The notes under the pieces: model-generated
Seen by the model: the letters and a program-made list of their open reading frames with translations, nothing else
Told to the model about the DNA's origin: nothing
The model's database searches: none
Program-made: the position numbers and the translations under genes
Assembly (NCBI GenBank): GCA_973895155.1
Contig: OZ316892.1
Coordinates: 8,539,251 to 8,603,250 of the forward strand
DNA: 64,000 bases
Direction: 5' to 3'
Source: Marsupella aquatica
Taxonomy: Eukaryota > Plantae > Marchantiophyta
Shown here: one piece after another, positions 25,001 through 35,500 of the stretch
How positions within the stretch are numbered: position 1 is the first letter of the stretch
How the letters are laid out: every line of letters starts with the position of its first letter

Positions 25001-26710
25001 GTTGGAAGAAAAGAAGTGAGGGAGCCTGGGTTCAAAGGTTGGGATGTAAAGGTCAGAACATTTGTAGACTTTGCTCTTGGACTTTTGCTTAACAAGTTGT
25101 CGAGCCTGGCTAATGACAGTTCACGCACAAAGTTTCCACACTAATACACACCAGACCATTGGTTCAGGTCGCAAACTGATCGAAGGGCCAGTTACATGCA
25201 AGACATCTCAACCTACTCACCCTGAAACAGTCAGACCCAGCCTGATGCTGACAAAGGAGTGTAGGCCACTCGAGCATGTGATTCCAATCTTAAGCAGTGA
25301 AGTTGTCACTCATGATTGTCCACTTGAGTCAGAGTACCAGGAATTTCATGGTTGGCCCATGGACTAAGGATGAAGTCAATTTTGTCCAAGTTCCGTTGTA
25401 GTTGTCTGGTTTTCCTCATGGATCTGCTGACAGCAATCATAGATTTGAGGTGATCTGATGTGCTCTTGAGAATAACCCAGTTGGCTAAGCGACGCAGAAA
25501 ATTTGAGTACACTTTTGCATTTAGTTTGCACCAATTTGTGTTGGACAGTTCAGTCAGAACCACAACTGGCCCAGGATTCCGGGAAACCTTAAACATCCTT
25601 TTCCTTACACAATGCATTTTCCTTATACAATACATTTTGAACGATACATTTTCCTTATAGTTCTCTTTCTTCCAAAATTAAATTTCTAGAAACACCTCCA
25701 GTAGTTCGAATTTGGGAACGGTCACATTTTGGGTGTGTTTAAACTTGTTTACTGTCATAGTTTTTAGGTTTTTCTGCAAAATAGGACAAATGTACTAAAA
25801 AGTGCCTAACAAAGTACAAAAGTGATGATCTCATACGAGCTCCTAAAGACTACTACATTTGTCATGATTCTTTGTGTAAAGCAGTGTTAGTACCAATAAT
25901 GAGACCTGTAATGATAGGTATATGTTTTTTACACATCTTTGCCATTCAAGGCTGCCACGTAAAGCTTCTTTTCCTCATATTATTCAGTACAAAAACTACA
26001 ATATTTTTATATAATTTTTGAAGGACAGACGTCTGTTTTAAGCAACTGTAGTGTTCTCTCCAGCGTATTTTTTAAGGATTTTGATTTTTCGCCAGACTGG
26101 CGATTTCTCCAAGTGTAGAGGTGGGGGAGGTGGCTACTGGGAGCGGCCGACCATAGTTTTTAGTGGCGAACCACATTAGCAAAGTGGTTCATTACTGGCG
26201 AATGATGTTAACTACAGTCACCGTAGCTGGCGAATGCAAATTGCCGACTGTAGTGGGAGATGGCAAATGAGGTTGAGTGCAGTCGGCGGACTGGCTAATG
26301 CAAGATTTGCACTGGTGTGGGAGATGGAAAAAGAGGAAGTGACAAAAGCGGCCATCGAGAAAACATCGAGAAAACAGCACCAAGAAGTGCACATTCCTTC
26401 AGAAAACTTGCAAGTGTGGGAAATGCAAAGATGACAGTTTATTGAGCAAATTGGCCTGTATAAACATTATAATCGAAATTTCAACAGGTGCTCCCGTCCT
26501 TTGTACTGTTGCTATAAATGTCTGCACTAAAGTCCGCTCAAACTACAGAGGAGAATTGAACCCCTGACTGTGTGCACACAGTCCTTCCCAAGTCCCCCTA
26601 CCCCCCTAGCCTATCTAAATCTAATCCCCACTAAGACATCCATCACAAGAAAAACATATCACATATCAGCTTCTAAATGTACTCGGCCTCGCATACACGT
26701 TTCAATCAAT

Positions 26711-28255
26711 CTAACCAACAACTCCACGCCTTTCCTCCTCCAGCCAATGTGTAATGGCATCCTGGAATGGGAAATCATCTAAAGAGAAAAACTTCTGAGT
26801 GAACATCCGCACCGTGCAATCCAAATGACTCCCCAATCTGTTCCTAAGCTTACTCTTCACAAATGACATAGTGGAGAAAATTCGTTCATCCTCCACTGAA
26901 CCTGTCACCATGACCACAGCAATTTCCGCAAGCTTAAACCACTCCCCCATCTTTGCCCGAATCAAAGGATTCGCCCCCAATCTCTTCCATAGTCGTGTCA
27001 TGGGATTTTTAATGTCAGGGTTAAACTCTTGCTCTCCCATTACCTTGGCAGCATTCGCCTCCATGGTTAGCTTGAAAAAACTCTGTTCATCTCGCAGCAA
27101 GCCGTAATCGAGAATAGGATCGATGACAGCAGTACTGTCCTCACCTGATTCACCTTCACGGGAAATCGACTTTGGATCACAGAAGCTTGTCTTGATCACT
27201 TGAAGGTACCAGCCAAAATTCTCCTCTGCATCGTCTCTTTCCCAATACTGCGGATGGACTATGCCCAGAGCGTTCAACAGGTCAACGTTAGGAAACCATG
27301 TGTCAAACAGCTTAATCAACTTTGATGCTGCTTCTTTACACTGATTCTTCACAGTATAAACAACATGGTCGAATGCATGTCGTGTAACAGGTAAGTCATG
27401 CCCAAGAATCTCATCAAACCAATGGGTCGGATAGTTGTGGTCACCAATTCGAAAGGAGAGATACTCCACGCTAGTCTCCAAATCAGTCATCCACTCATGA
27501 CTAACAGTGTGTGATCGACCAGCTACAATCTCCTGAAATGTATGAAATGCCCCTGGCCTAAAGGAGGTTGCAAATCCACGTAATAACAGTGCAATTCTGC
27601 CTGATGTACCTTTACAACACATACTAATGAAATCTTGGATCATGACATCCCTGGATTGGGCAAACACAATCAGGTCATGCACAGATTTCAGCAAAGGCAA
27701 TAAACATGGCAAGGATATGAACGTCTCCAGGTCCAATAATAGCTTCGCATTGGACTTTGCAGTTGCAAGTGTGGCCCCATTTGTAGACATTTGCACAACA
27801 AGTGTCTTGTACTCACGTAACACACTCTGCAACGGTTGTAGAAGGGAAATCCATTGAGTCTTGCTGTTCCATTCAATCTTCCGGCCCTCGGTCTCCAACT
27901 CAGCAGCGAGCCGTTGAAACTCTAGTTGTCGTTTGGGGCTGTGAGCAAAATATGAATGCAGGCTGGAGACAAGGGCCTCGATCTTTTGTACAACTAGCAA
28001 GGAGTCCAATTTCTCCACATAGATGTTAGTCCTGTGAGCGCAACAATGCAAGCCAGTCATGAATGGAGCATGGTGTTTCTGTATGCGAGCCAAAACCCCT
28101 GTTCGATGCCCTTGAAAAACGACAGCTCCATCTGCTCCAAAGCTCACTAGCTTTGAAGCTACTTCTTTCCAACCAAGATTACCACAGTCTCCAGTCAAGG
28201 ACTCCACCACAACAGTAGTCAAGTTCGCAGCATCAGCGCCATTGGTCAACTTTTG
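26711..28255 (-). pseudogene. hAT (ZNF862-like) transposase, C-terminal part with dimerisation domain
   Basis: FGADGAVVFQG (second Asp), HCCAHRTN (CxxH), FAHSPKR, and C-terminal SVEDERIFSTMSFVKSKLRNRL. Rejoins the N-terminal part in frame (LSLQ-KLTNGADA) when the insert and one TSD copy are removed. Confidence 0.92.
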
Positions 28256-29362
28256 TGTCACCTGCTTATCAAACGATTTACACGACAAATACGTATTTAC
28301 TCCTACTAAAATCGTTTGTTATCGTATGACAGGAACGTGGAGGGACGCTATTAGGATTCTATTGCATGTAGGATGAGTATGTTTATTTTTGCTCCCGGAA
28401 ATGTAATTTTTGATCAAGTCTACCGACTAGCCGCTCTGCTTTTGATCAAGTCCCATGGACTACGCCACACACACACTCCTACTGGTCGTTGGTGGAGTGC
28501 TGTCACCACCCCTCCCTACTCACATGGTTGACCAAACCGTGCAAGGATTCCTTAGATGTTTCTTGGGGAAAGAATACAATCGTGAACCAAAAAAGGTAAC
28601 ACCACACCAAAACTTGAGGAATCAAACCAAATCCATATATTTTGGCAAAACGTCGTAACACATTGCAAGGACAACCCGGCCTCCTGCCGTCTGCCCAACT
28701 ACTGCCTCACTGGGGCAAGTGTGTAAACATCTACCTCACTACTCTGGCTTGATTCCCCCTTCTGGCTATGAGCTATCTTCCCTAAGCAAACACTAGACTG
28801 AGTCCCGCCCCTCACTACTACGGGGCTCTCCCCCTAAATACCAAAAAACACACCAAAGTACCCTTCATGGGGCCACAACGATGGCGGCTTACCCTAGCGG
28901 CGCCACTAAACCCTTCACTAAGAAACCCCTAAACTAAAAGCATGCGGCACACACATGCTTCTAAAACCCTAAACCCTAAACTAACAATGGGGCCGATGGT
29001 GCCTTCGACGGCGCCCCAACATTACTCCGTGAACCGTGAAATTGTAAGGAACCCCACAATGGCTGAAACTAGGTGCCCTTCCACTTGCACTTCTGAGTTC
29101 ACCCCTGGATAGCCCTCCTCTTTCTGATCACGAATCACTCAACCGCTCTCGAAACGGACATCGGACGACCAAGTTATGGCCGTTTCCATATCCCGTAAAC
29201 ACAACTTCGTCGGGCCATAACCTGCTCATCCTGGCTCTGTTTGAGGAGCGCCGCCCCTTGTTGGAATCAGCTTCGCGAGCTCTTTCCAACAAGCCCGTGA
29301 GTGACCCCTAAAAAAAAAATTGGAAAGTCCAGGGTCCGTACAACCACGTCCGTACGACCACT

Positions 29363-31225
29363 CTAATCCTCCTCCTCTTCGCTCACGGTGCCCTGGCTTG
29401 AGCCCCGTGAGTGGGCCTCCTCATCACTCTCCACTGGAGTGAGTGCCACTTCACTCCTCTTCTTCTTCACCCGGGTAGTCTTTGTGCTAGTGCTCCCCTG
29501 CTTCCTCAAATTGGCCAAGGCCTGCCACGCCTTAATGTACCCCTCACCAAAGGTGTCCTTCCATAGGGCCGCCTCTTCACCGGACCGCAACTCCAATGGT
29601 AAAACCTGCCCGGTGGCCATGGGAGTCCCAGGGGTGACAGATCGGGGTGGCATCCCCGGGGTCCCCGTGTTGACCTGAGCTTCTCGTAACGATTTATGTA
29701 CCTCCCTGAGCTTCTTCTCTAAGCTCTTGCTCTTCTCTTGACTCTTCTTGGCTGCATCCAACAGGGGTCCATACTTCCCACTGACTTCCTTCACCACCAT
29801 CTCAATGGCCCTGGAGACCAAATCCGGGGAAAGTGTGGAGCTAGGTGTGCAGGGGCTCTTCCGTTTCCCCAGACTCAAGGCCTCACTCCTCTTAGCCCTT
29901 GTCTCGAAGATCACCATTTGACCCCGTAGTGTTCCCACCTGGGCTCTTAACTCCACCACTTCTCCAGAATTCTGCTTCTCTTTGGCCAATGCCTGTTTCA
30001 ATACTCCAACCTCTTCCGCTTCCTTGGCCTTGGTGGACAAGGCTCCCTTCAAGTTGGAGATCTCTACATGAGCTGCTTGGAGAAGTTTAACCTTCTCATG
30101 AATGGCCTCCTCCTTGGCCTTGATCACCTCCTTCATAGACAGGGCACTCTGCTCCAAAGTCTCTACTCTGGCGGTGGCCTGCTTGAGAGAATCTCTCAAT
30201 GCGTGGACTAGCTTGAGTCCCTCATGGACTCCCTCCCGAAAATCCCGTAACTCTGCCAGGTAGACATCAGGAATGTCGTAGACCAGGGGCTCCTCCGTAT
30301 TTCCCACAAGTGATTCAAGCCACTCCATTGTGGAGTCCTCATCCTGGTTTTCTTCCTCTCTATTATCATCCCCAACCGCCGACGATGATCCCTCCGTTAG
30401 TTTTCCCAAGATGGTAGTGGCAATACTCCTGATTTCCGTGGTAAGGGATGATCCAGTGTCTTCCTGTCCCGGGGAAACAATCCACCCTTATGCTCTGGCT
30501 AGCAAAAATGACCCCATCAAATGTACAGCCCCACCTGGTTTCACACTCTCGGGATTGGCGTCCAATAGCTTCTTCAACCCATAGTACCACCATCCGTACA
30601 CATGGGCTGGATAGTTCTTGATGTCCATAGCTACCACAAAATTCTCTCCATTCACCACCCCAGATTGCACGTTACCAAGGACCCGTTGATGAACCTTGGC
30701 CATAAATCCCTTGTGCTCAGCATCCTTGACGGCGGAAAGAGGAATGGAAGTAGTGGAGGTGGGATTAATCACCCAACCGGCCACCATTGTCAACGTGAGC
30801 TCTCCCCTTATGTTCCGAGGTGTGAATGAGAATTGCTGGTTCTCCAGGAACAGAAGCTTAGCTAACTCCACATGGGGCACTACCCGCTGGAGACATTCAA
30901 AGTAGATTCCTTCCGTACGTAACTCCATCCCGGCCTCAATGTTCCAACTCTTCCCCGAAGGGATTGTAATCTCCACCTTCATGAACTCCGTGAGCCCGGT
31001 GGCTTGAAAAATATTCCTACAATCCTCCATCACCTTGGTGGAGGTTTTGGGATAAATTCGACGAAAAACCCTCCTACTCACCGGTGTGGAACTTGCCGCC
31101 AGCCCAGTACTCATCGTAGCTTTTCTCTCTTCTCTCTCTCTTGCAATCAATGTCTCAATGTAGTCACGGTAAGCAGCCTTGTATCTCCGAACGCGTGTCG
31201 CACTAAACTCCGGTTGATCCAGCAT
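29363..31225 (-). pseudogene. ~620-codon retroelement accessory ORF (globular N-terminal domain + acidic linker + long coiled coil + basic/acidic tail) with one internal stop
   Basis: ORFs 30488-31225 and 29363-30409 share a frame and are separated by a single TAA (ARA*GWIVSPGQ...ATTILGK). The N-terminal domain loosely resembles Athila-type 'plant transposon protein' accessory domains (judged by eye). The C-terminal half is heptad-rich (LKQATARVETLEQSALSMKEVIKAKEEAI...). Confidence 0.75.
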
Positions 31226-31579
31226 CCATGCATCCAGAAATCAAATCCTCAATCACCAAATCCCGTCACCCGTAGCAATGTCAATCCCCTGGCCCAAAAC
31301 GGCCCCCGTATCCCGATCAATCAATTACCCTCAATTCCCTCAGAAGCCACTCCGTGCTGCTGCCGCTAATGCTCGGAAGAATCATGCCAACAAGCCCCAA
31401 CAATTGACCATGAGAAAGGGCTTTCAGAATAATTGCAAAATGTGGAGAGAGCTTTCGGCAAGAGTTGAGAGAGAGCCCGAGTTTTTGCTTTCGGCAATGA
31501 GTTGGTCTTGCAAAAGAGAGGAAGTGAGAAAATAGGAAGGAAAAAAAAGGAAACCCCGTGGCTCCTTTGCTAATTTTCC

Positions 31580-31782
31580 CTCCCCGGCTGCCCCTTGCTT
31601 AGGCCCCGGCAGACCCTTTTGGGGCTCCGCCTACTCGCGGGGTGACCCTCCGTCTCGCGCCCCACGGCTCGCGGGCTCCTCCTCCCCGGCTGCCCCTCGC
31701 TTACGCCCCGGCAGACCCTTTTAGGGCTCCGCCTACTCGCGGGGTGACCCTCCATCTCGCGCCCCACGGCTCGTGGGCTCCT
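31580..31782. repeat. ~102-bp GC-rich tandem duplication upstream of the insert's ORF
   Basis: CTCCCCGGCTGCCCCT(T/C)GCTTA(G/C)GCCCCGGCAGACCCTTTT...CCCCACGGCTCG(C/T)GGGCTCCTC occurs twice. Confidence 0.9.
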
Positions 31783-32086
31783 CTGCCATATTATACCGGG
31801 GCCAAGAAAAACTTCCGGGGTCTCCAAATATTAATGGGTGGTATCCCCTTAAGATGCCTAATTTTCTTCTCCCACAACGACAAGACCCAAGGGAGAAAAG
31901 GGTCAATTAAAAAAATAGTTCCTCCCGGGTTCAAATAGCCCTGGCCCTCCAGAGCAACATGAACACACACCGGGATGATTAACTTAAAAAAATTTGAAAA
32001 ACTATTGTGTATATTGGCTTATTTATTTACATGCATCTTGCCAATAACACCTAATGGTGACCTTTCGAGACGGGGACCCCGTCACA

Positions 32087-33024
32087 TTTTGCAAGGACAG
32101 TAGGAAAGGGATTCGTTCCCACCCTCTCATCACATAAACATGAATGCTTATCCATGTAGTGTTGTCAATGGCAGTTACCTCATCGGCAGATACTGAGATG
32201 TAACGAGCTCCAAAACACCACTCCCGAGTCTTCAAGCGAATGATGTGGAAAATGCTCTCTGCCATTCCCCAGCCTGAACTCATGCTCTAGTGTGTGGTCG
32301 GTGTCTTTGGAACCCTCAAATGTTGAAACAACTTCAACATGGCTTCATAGTCAGTCATGGGACGTCCCAATGTAAGCAGACTAAAAAGAACAGAAAACTG
32401 GACTGCCTTTCTCTTCCGTTCAAGACTCACTGCCTCTTGAATCTGTCGATGGATGGGGTCTTGTGGCAGCCGCAACAACAACTTCTCATTCTTCTCATGT
32501 TGAGTGGTACCGGAAAAATAGAAGGTGCCCTTCACATACTTCTTGCCTTGGATAACTATGGACTTCTCTGCACGCCTCCTTCCAACATGTTTCCAAAGAC
32601 CATCAATCTTTGGAACATATAACTTCTCCCTCCCTTCAATCTTAGTGCAGATTGTGCACCGCACTTGGGTGACCACCCCTTCTGTGTCCACCGTAGCTGC
32701 TGTCGCCCAGGGATGAACGGCTGCCCATCCAGGCTGGAAGTGGCGCTTCATCTCGTAGCTACGCTTCCGCTTCTTGGTCACTTCTTCAGCCTTCCCATCT
32801 TCAAGAATCACAACATCGGGGTCTACACCGTCTGCCCCGCTATTGACAATCTCATTCTCAATCGGAGAATCACCTGGAGACGAAGACCCAGAGCCATGAA
32901 AGACAGGGGAGCCATTAGGATTGCAAGGCTTCAAACGATTACTCAAAAATTACTTAACCATGAGATTGTTTGGCAGCCCTGAGGCACGTGCTGCTGCCTT
33001 CAATTTTGCTTTGGTCATTGCCAT
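32087..33024 (-). pseudogene. hAT (ZNF862-like) transposase, N-terminal part
   Basis: The ATG at 33024 is in frame (MAMTKAKLK...) with two premature stops, near 32950 and at 32287 (H*S, likely TGG>TAG). It has a Zn-finger-like stretch FQPGWAAVHPW...CTIC and the first catalytic Asp in YISVSADEVTAIDNTTWISIHVY. It is cut at IPFLLSLQ by the nested insert. Confidence 0.88.
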
Positions 33025-34599
33025 GGTATTGTACTCAACATCGAACGAGATTCTGCTGCAATGTGCAACAGACTCAATGCAGCAAGAAGATGCTGCCAAC
33101 CACGCAACAGACTGTAAAAAAAAATGCACAAGATCGAGTGCAACAACGAGATGTTGCTACGACCGAAATACAACACTGAAGAAAGAATGCTTCCAAGGAT
33201 TGACAGAAGCTGAACTTCAAATGAGGACTGATCGATGACATAAAGGAAAGAAAACCCCCTCAGATATTTGTAGGCCGTCGAGTCGTCCACTACTCCACTC
33301 CATGAAAGGCTGATTGCGAAGGTAAGTTGAGCTCCCGGTTGCGCTGCTTGAAATTGAAATTCCCGCTTCATCTTGCAATCCACCATAGCTCAATCTCCCG
33401 CTCGCCCTAAACATGAGAAATTATAGCGCAGCAGCCAGGCCCAACTCGGACTGATATCAGAAGTCTAAAACCCGAACCCTCCCAAAAAAAGTCATAAAGA
33501 TGACAGCACTAAAAAACACAACATTCAACCGCCAATTCCAACTAAAAAATGAAGATATTCAGGCCAAGTTCCCTGTCGGCACGGCGAAAGGAATGCAAGG
33601 AATCAAGGCTGCGAGTGCGACAATGTGCGTTCCTGCAGGGCCGCAGCTGATCATGCCTTGATCTCGTGCTTTTCGCTAAGCACATGAGATCAGGAGGAGC
33701 ATCGGTGGCGAACTGCATCTCGTCCGACGTCGGAATGGTGGCGATTCGCTTACAGAGAATCGCGAGTGGCGGCTAATGACACCGTGATTAGGGCAAAGCA
33801 AGGTGGCTAATGCAGGACTGCCACCTGCCAGATGGGTGGCGAAACCAGGATCGACGGTGGTGGATTGCTGGCAACTAGGGCCCCCAAAATGTAGTGAAAT
33901 TTTGCCAAATATGGCGAAGGTTTCTGGCCGAGGTGGAATCTAGCGAAAATTTGCCGCTAAAAAGAACGCTGGTCCTCTCCCTAGGACTCTATGAACAGAT
34001 TGCACTTCAATGTATTGTCATACTATCAGGTTGCTCAAGAACAAAAAGTGCCAAACCCAGAAGTATGAACACAGAGCCCAAACACCCACTTAAGGGCAGA
34101 ATGCAAGGGATAAATCCAAGGAAGAGCAAACAGCCAAATAGCCCGGGAGTCCCCTACACCAGGGAAGGAGAGAGCCCTATTGGATATAAATCTTCTCCTT
34201 ATGTCCATCAGCCTCACTAGTGTGCCCATGGATTTTGCATTGACTAGTTTACAGGCCTGCAACAGCTATCCATCATTTTTTCAGGTGGAAGAGTGGGCTG
34301 GCATAGTTTTACCCTCCCTGGACATTGAGCCTGAAGACTACCTGCACATGTGACTATGGCAAGTGTGTGAGGGAGGGCATGTTGAGCATAGAGGCATATC
34401 TGTGTTTCAATGTGCACATGTGGCACAATTACTACGAACAGTAACTCATTTGGGCAAATTAATGAATGCCAGCACAGTCATTTTGGAGTTGCAAACAAAG
34501 ACAGTTTCATCTGGAGTTTCACTTTTCAATTGCTCACGGGATTGGTATGCAGATAGTAAGTATTGGTGCAAAGCAAAAACAGAAGGGACAGAAGGGAAA

Positions 34600-35500
34600 T
34601 GTAGCTAATAATTTGTGATCAGAACTTACACTCCTGAGAGTCTATGATATAGAATGGAGCCTCTAGGCTGTAGCTATGGAAGGATGGCAGCATGTTTTGG
34701 GTGAGGCAAAAGGTGGGGAATGCGACTGCAGACTGAGTTTATCAAATTGGTAAGTGTTAGAGATTAAAATCCATTCATATAAGATGCAGAATTATGTCGT
34801 TCATGTCAATATGACTCCTTAATATGCAAACCTTTAGGTCAATCAGGCTGATTTTTGTATTTCCAGTGCATTTCTAAGACTCCATAAGTAAAGCCACAAT
34901 TTGAATTTGGAACTTCAAAAAGTTTTTTGAGTGGTTAACTTTGACATTCAATGTTCCCCTCGAGATCCAATGGAATTGGCTATATTCAGTTCATCAGAAA
35001 TGGCTTGGAAATGCTAGCATTGTCAGATTTAATTAAGAACTGGGAGACCTACAAAAATCCAAAGATTGGTGTAATGAATGTGTACTACATGAGCACAAAA
35101 GAGGGTTTTTCTGTGGCACATCCAGCTTGCCAGAGTATATCCAACAAATTTGGAACATGTGGAGGTTCATATGAGCTACAGTTTCAATAAAAAGACATCA
35201 GAGACAGTTGTAGAAAGTTTCTGTAATCTATTGTGCATTCAATAAACATCAAAATGACCCCAATTGACTTTGTGTTGCATAGTTTAAAATTGAGGCTTGG
35301 ATTCCAAAAGTGCAGGTAAGTGAGGTTTTCAAAGATGAAGAGACTTTTCAACACTTGTTTCAGGGTTTCAAAGGGGGATGAAAAAGTGTCCCTGAATAAT
35401 TTCAAAGAAAGGTGACTGTGCAGACTCAACAAATACCACACATTAGAAAGCGTCCACAGGTAACTTACAAGATGATATTTGATATGAGTCTTCTTGGGCT
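34600..35500 (+). mobile_element. Possible decayed LINE ORF2 3' portion
   Basis: EETFQHLFQ near 35337-35363 resembles the zf-RVT consensus ExxxHLFxxC. Surrounding frames are broken. Confidence 0.25.

Larger units (their letters stand above)
28256..32086 (-). mobile_element. 3,831-bp solo-LTR-like insertion (Ty3/Gypsy-type termini) nested in the hAT transposase
   Basis: Begins TGTCAC at 28256 and ends GTCACA at 32086, flanked by a perfect 5-bp TSD TTTTG (28251-28255 and 32087-32091). No internal terminal direct repeat and no gag/RT/integrase motif seen. Orientation is inferred from the internal ORF. Confidence 0.85.
26061..33971 (-). mobile_element. hAT-superfamily DNA transposon (full length, inactivated, with nested insertion)
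   Basis: Imperfect TIRs: CAGCGTATTTTTTA at 26061 and TAAAAAGAACGCTG ending at 33971. 8-bp TSD GTTCTCTC (26053-26060) versus GTCCTCTC (33972-33979). Many TGGCGA/TGGCTA subterminal motifs at both ends. Encloses a transposase. Confidence 0.9.

Noticed and set aside
26711-28288. 525-aa ORF as an intact stand-alone gene
   Set aside because: The first ~11 codons come from the nested insert, the true N-terminus lies beyond 32087, and there are probable internal compensating frameshifts.
28256-32086. Complete two-LTR retrotransposon, TRIM or LARD
   Set aside because: The two ends share no direct repeat, and no PBS, PPT, gag or pol was identified.
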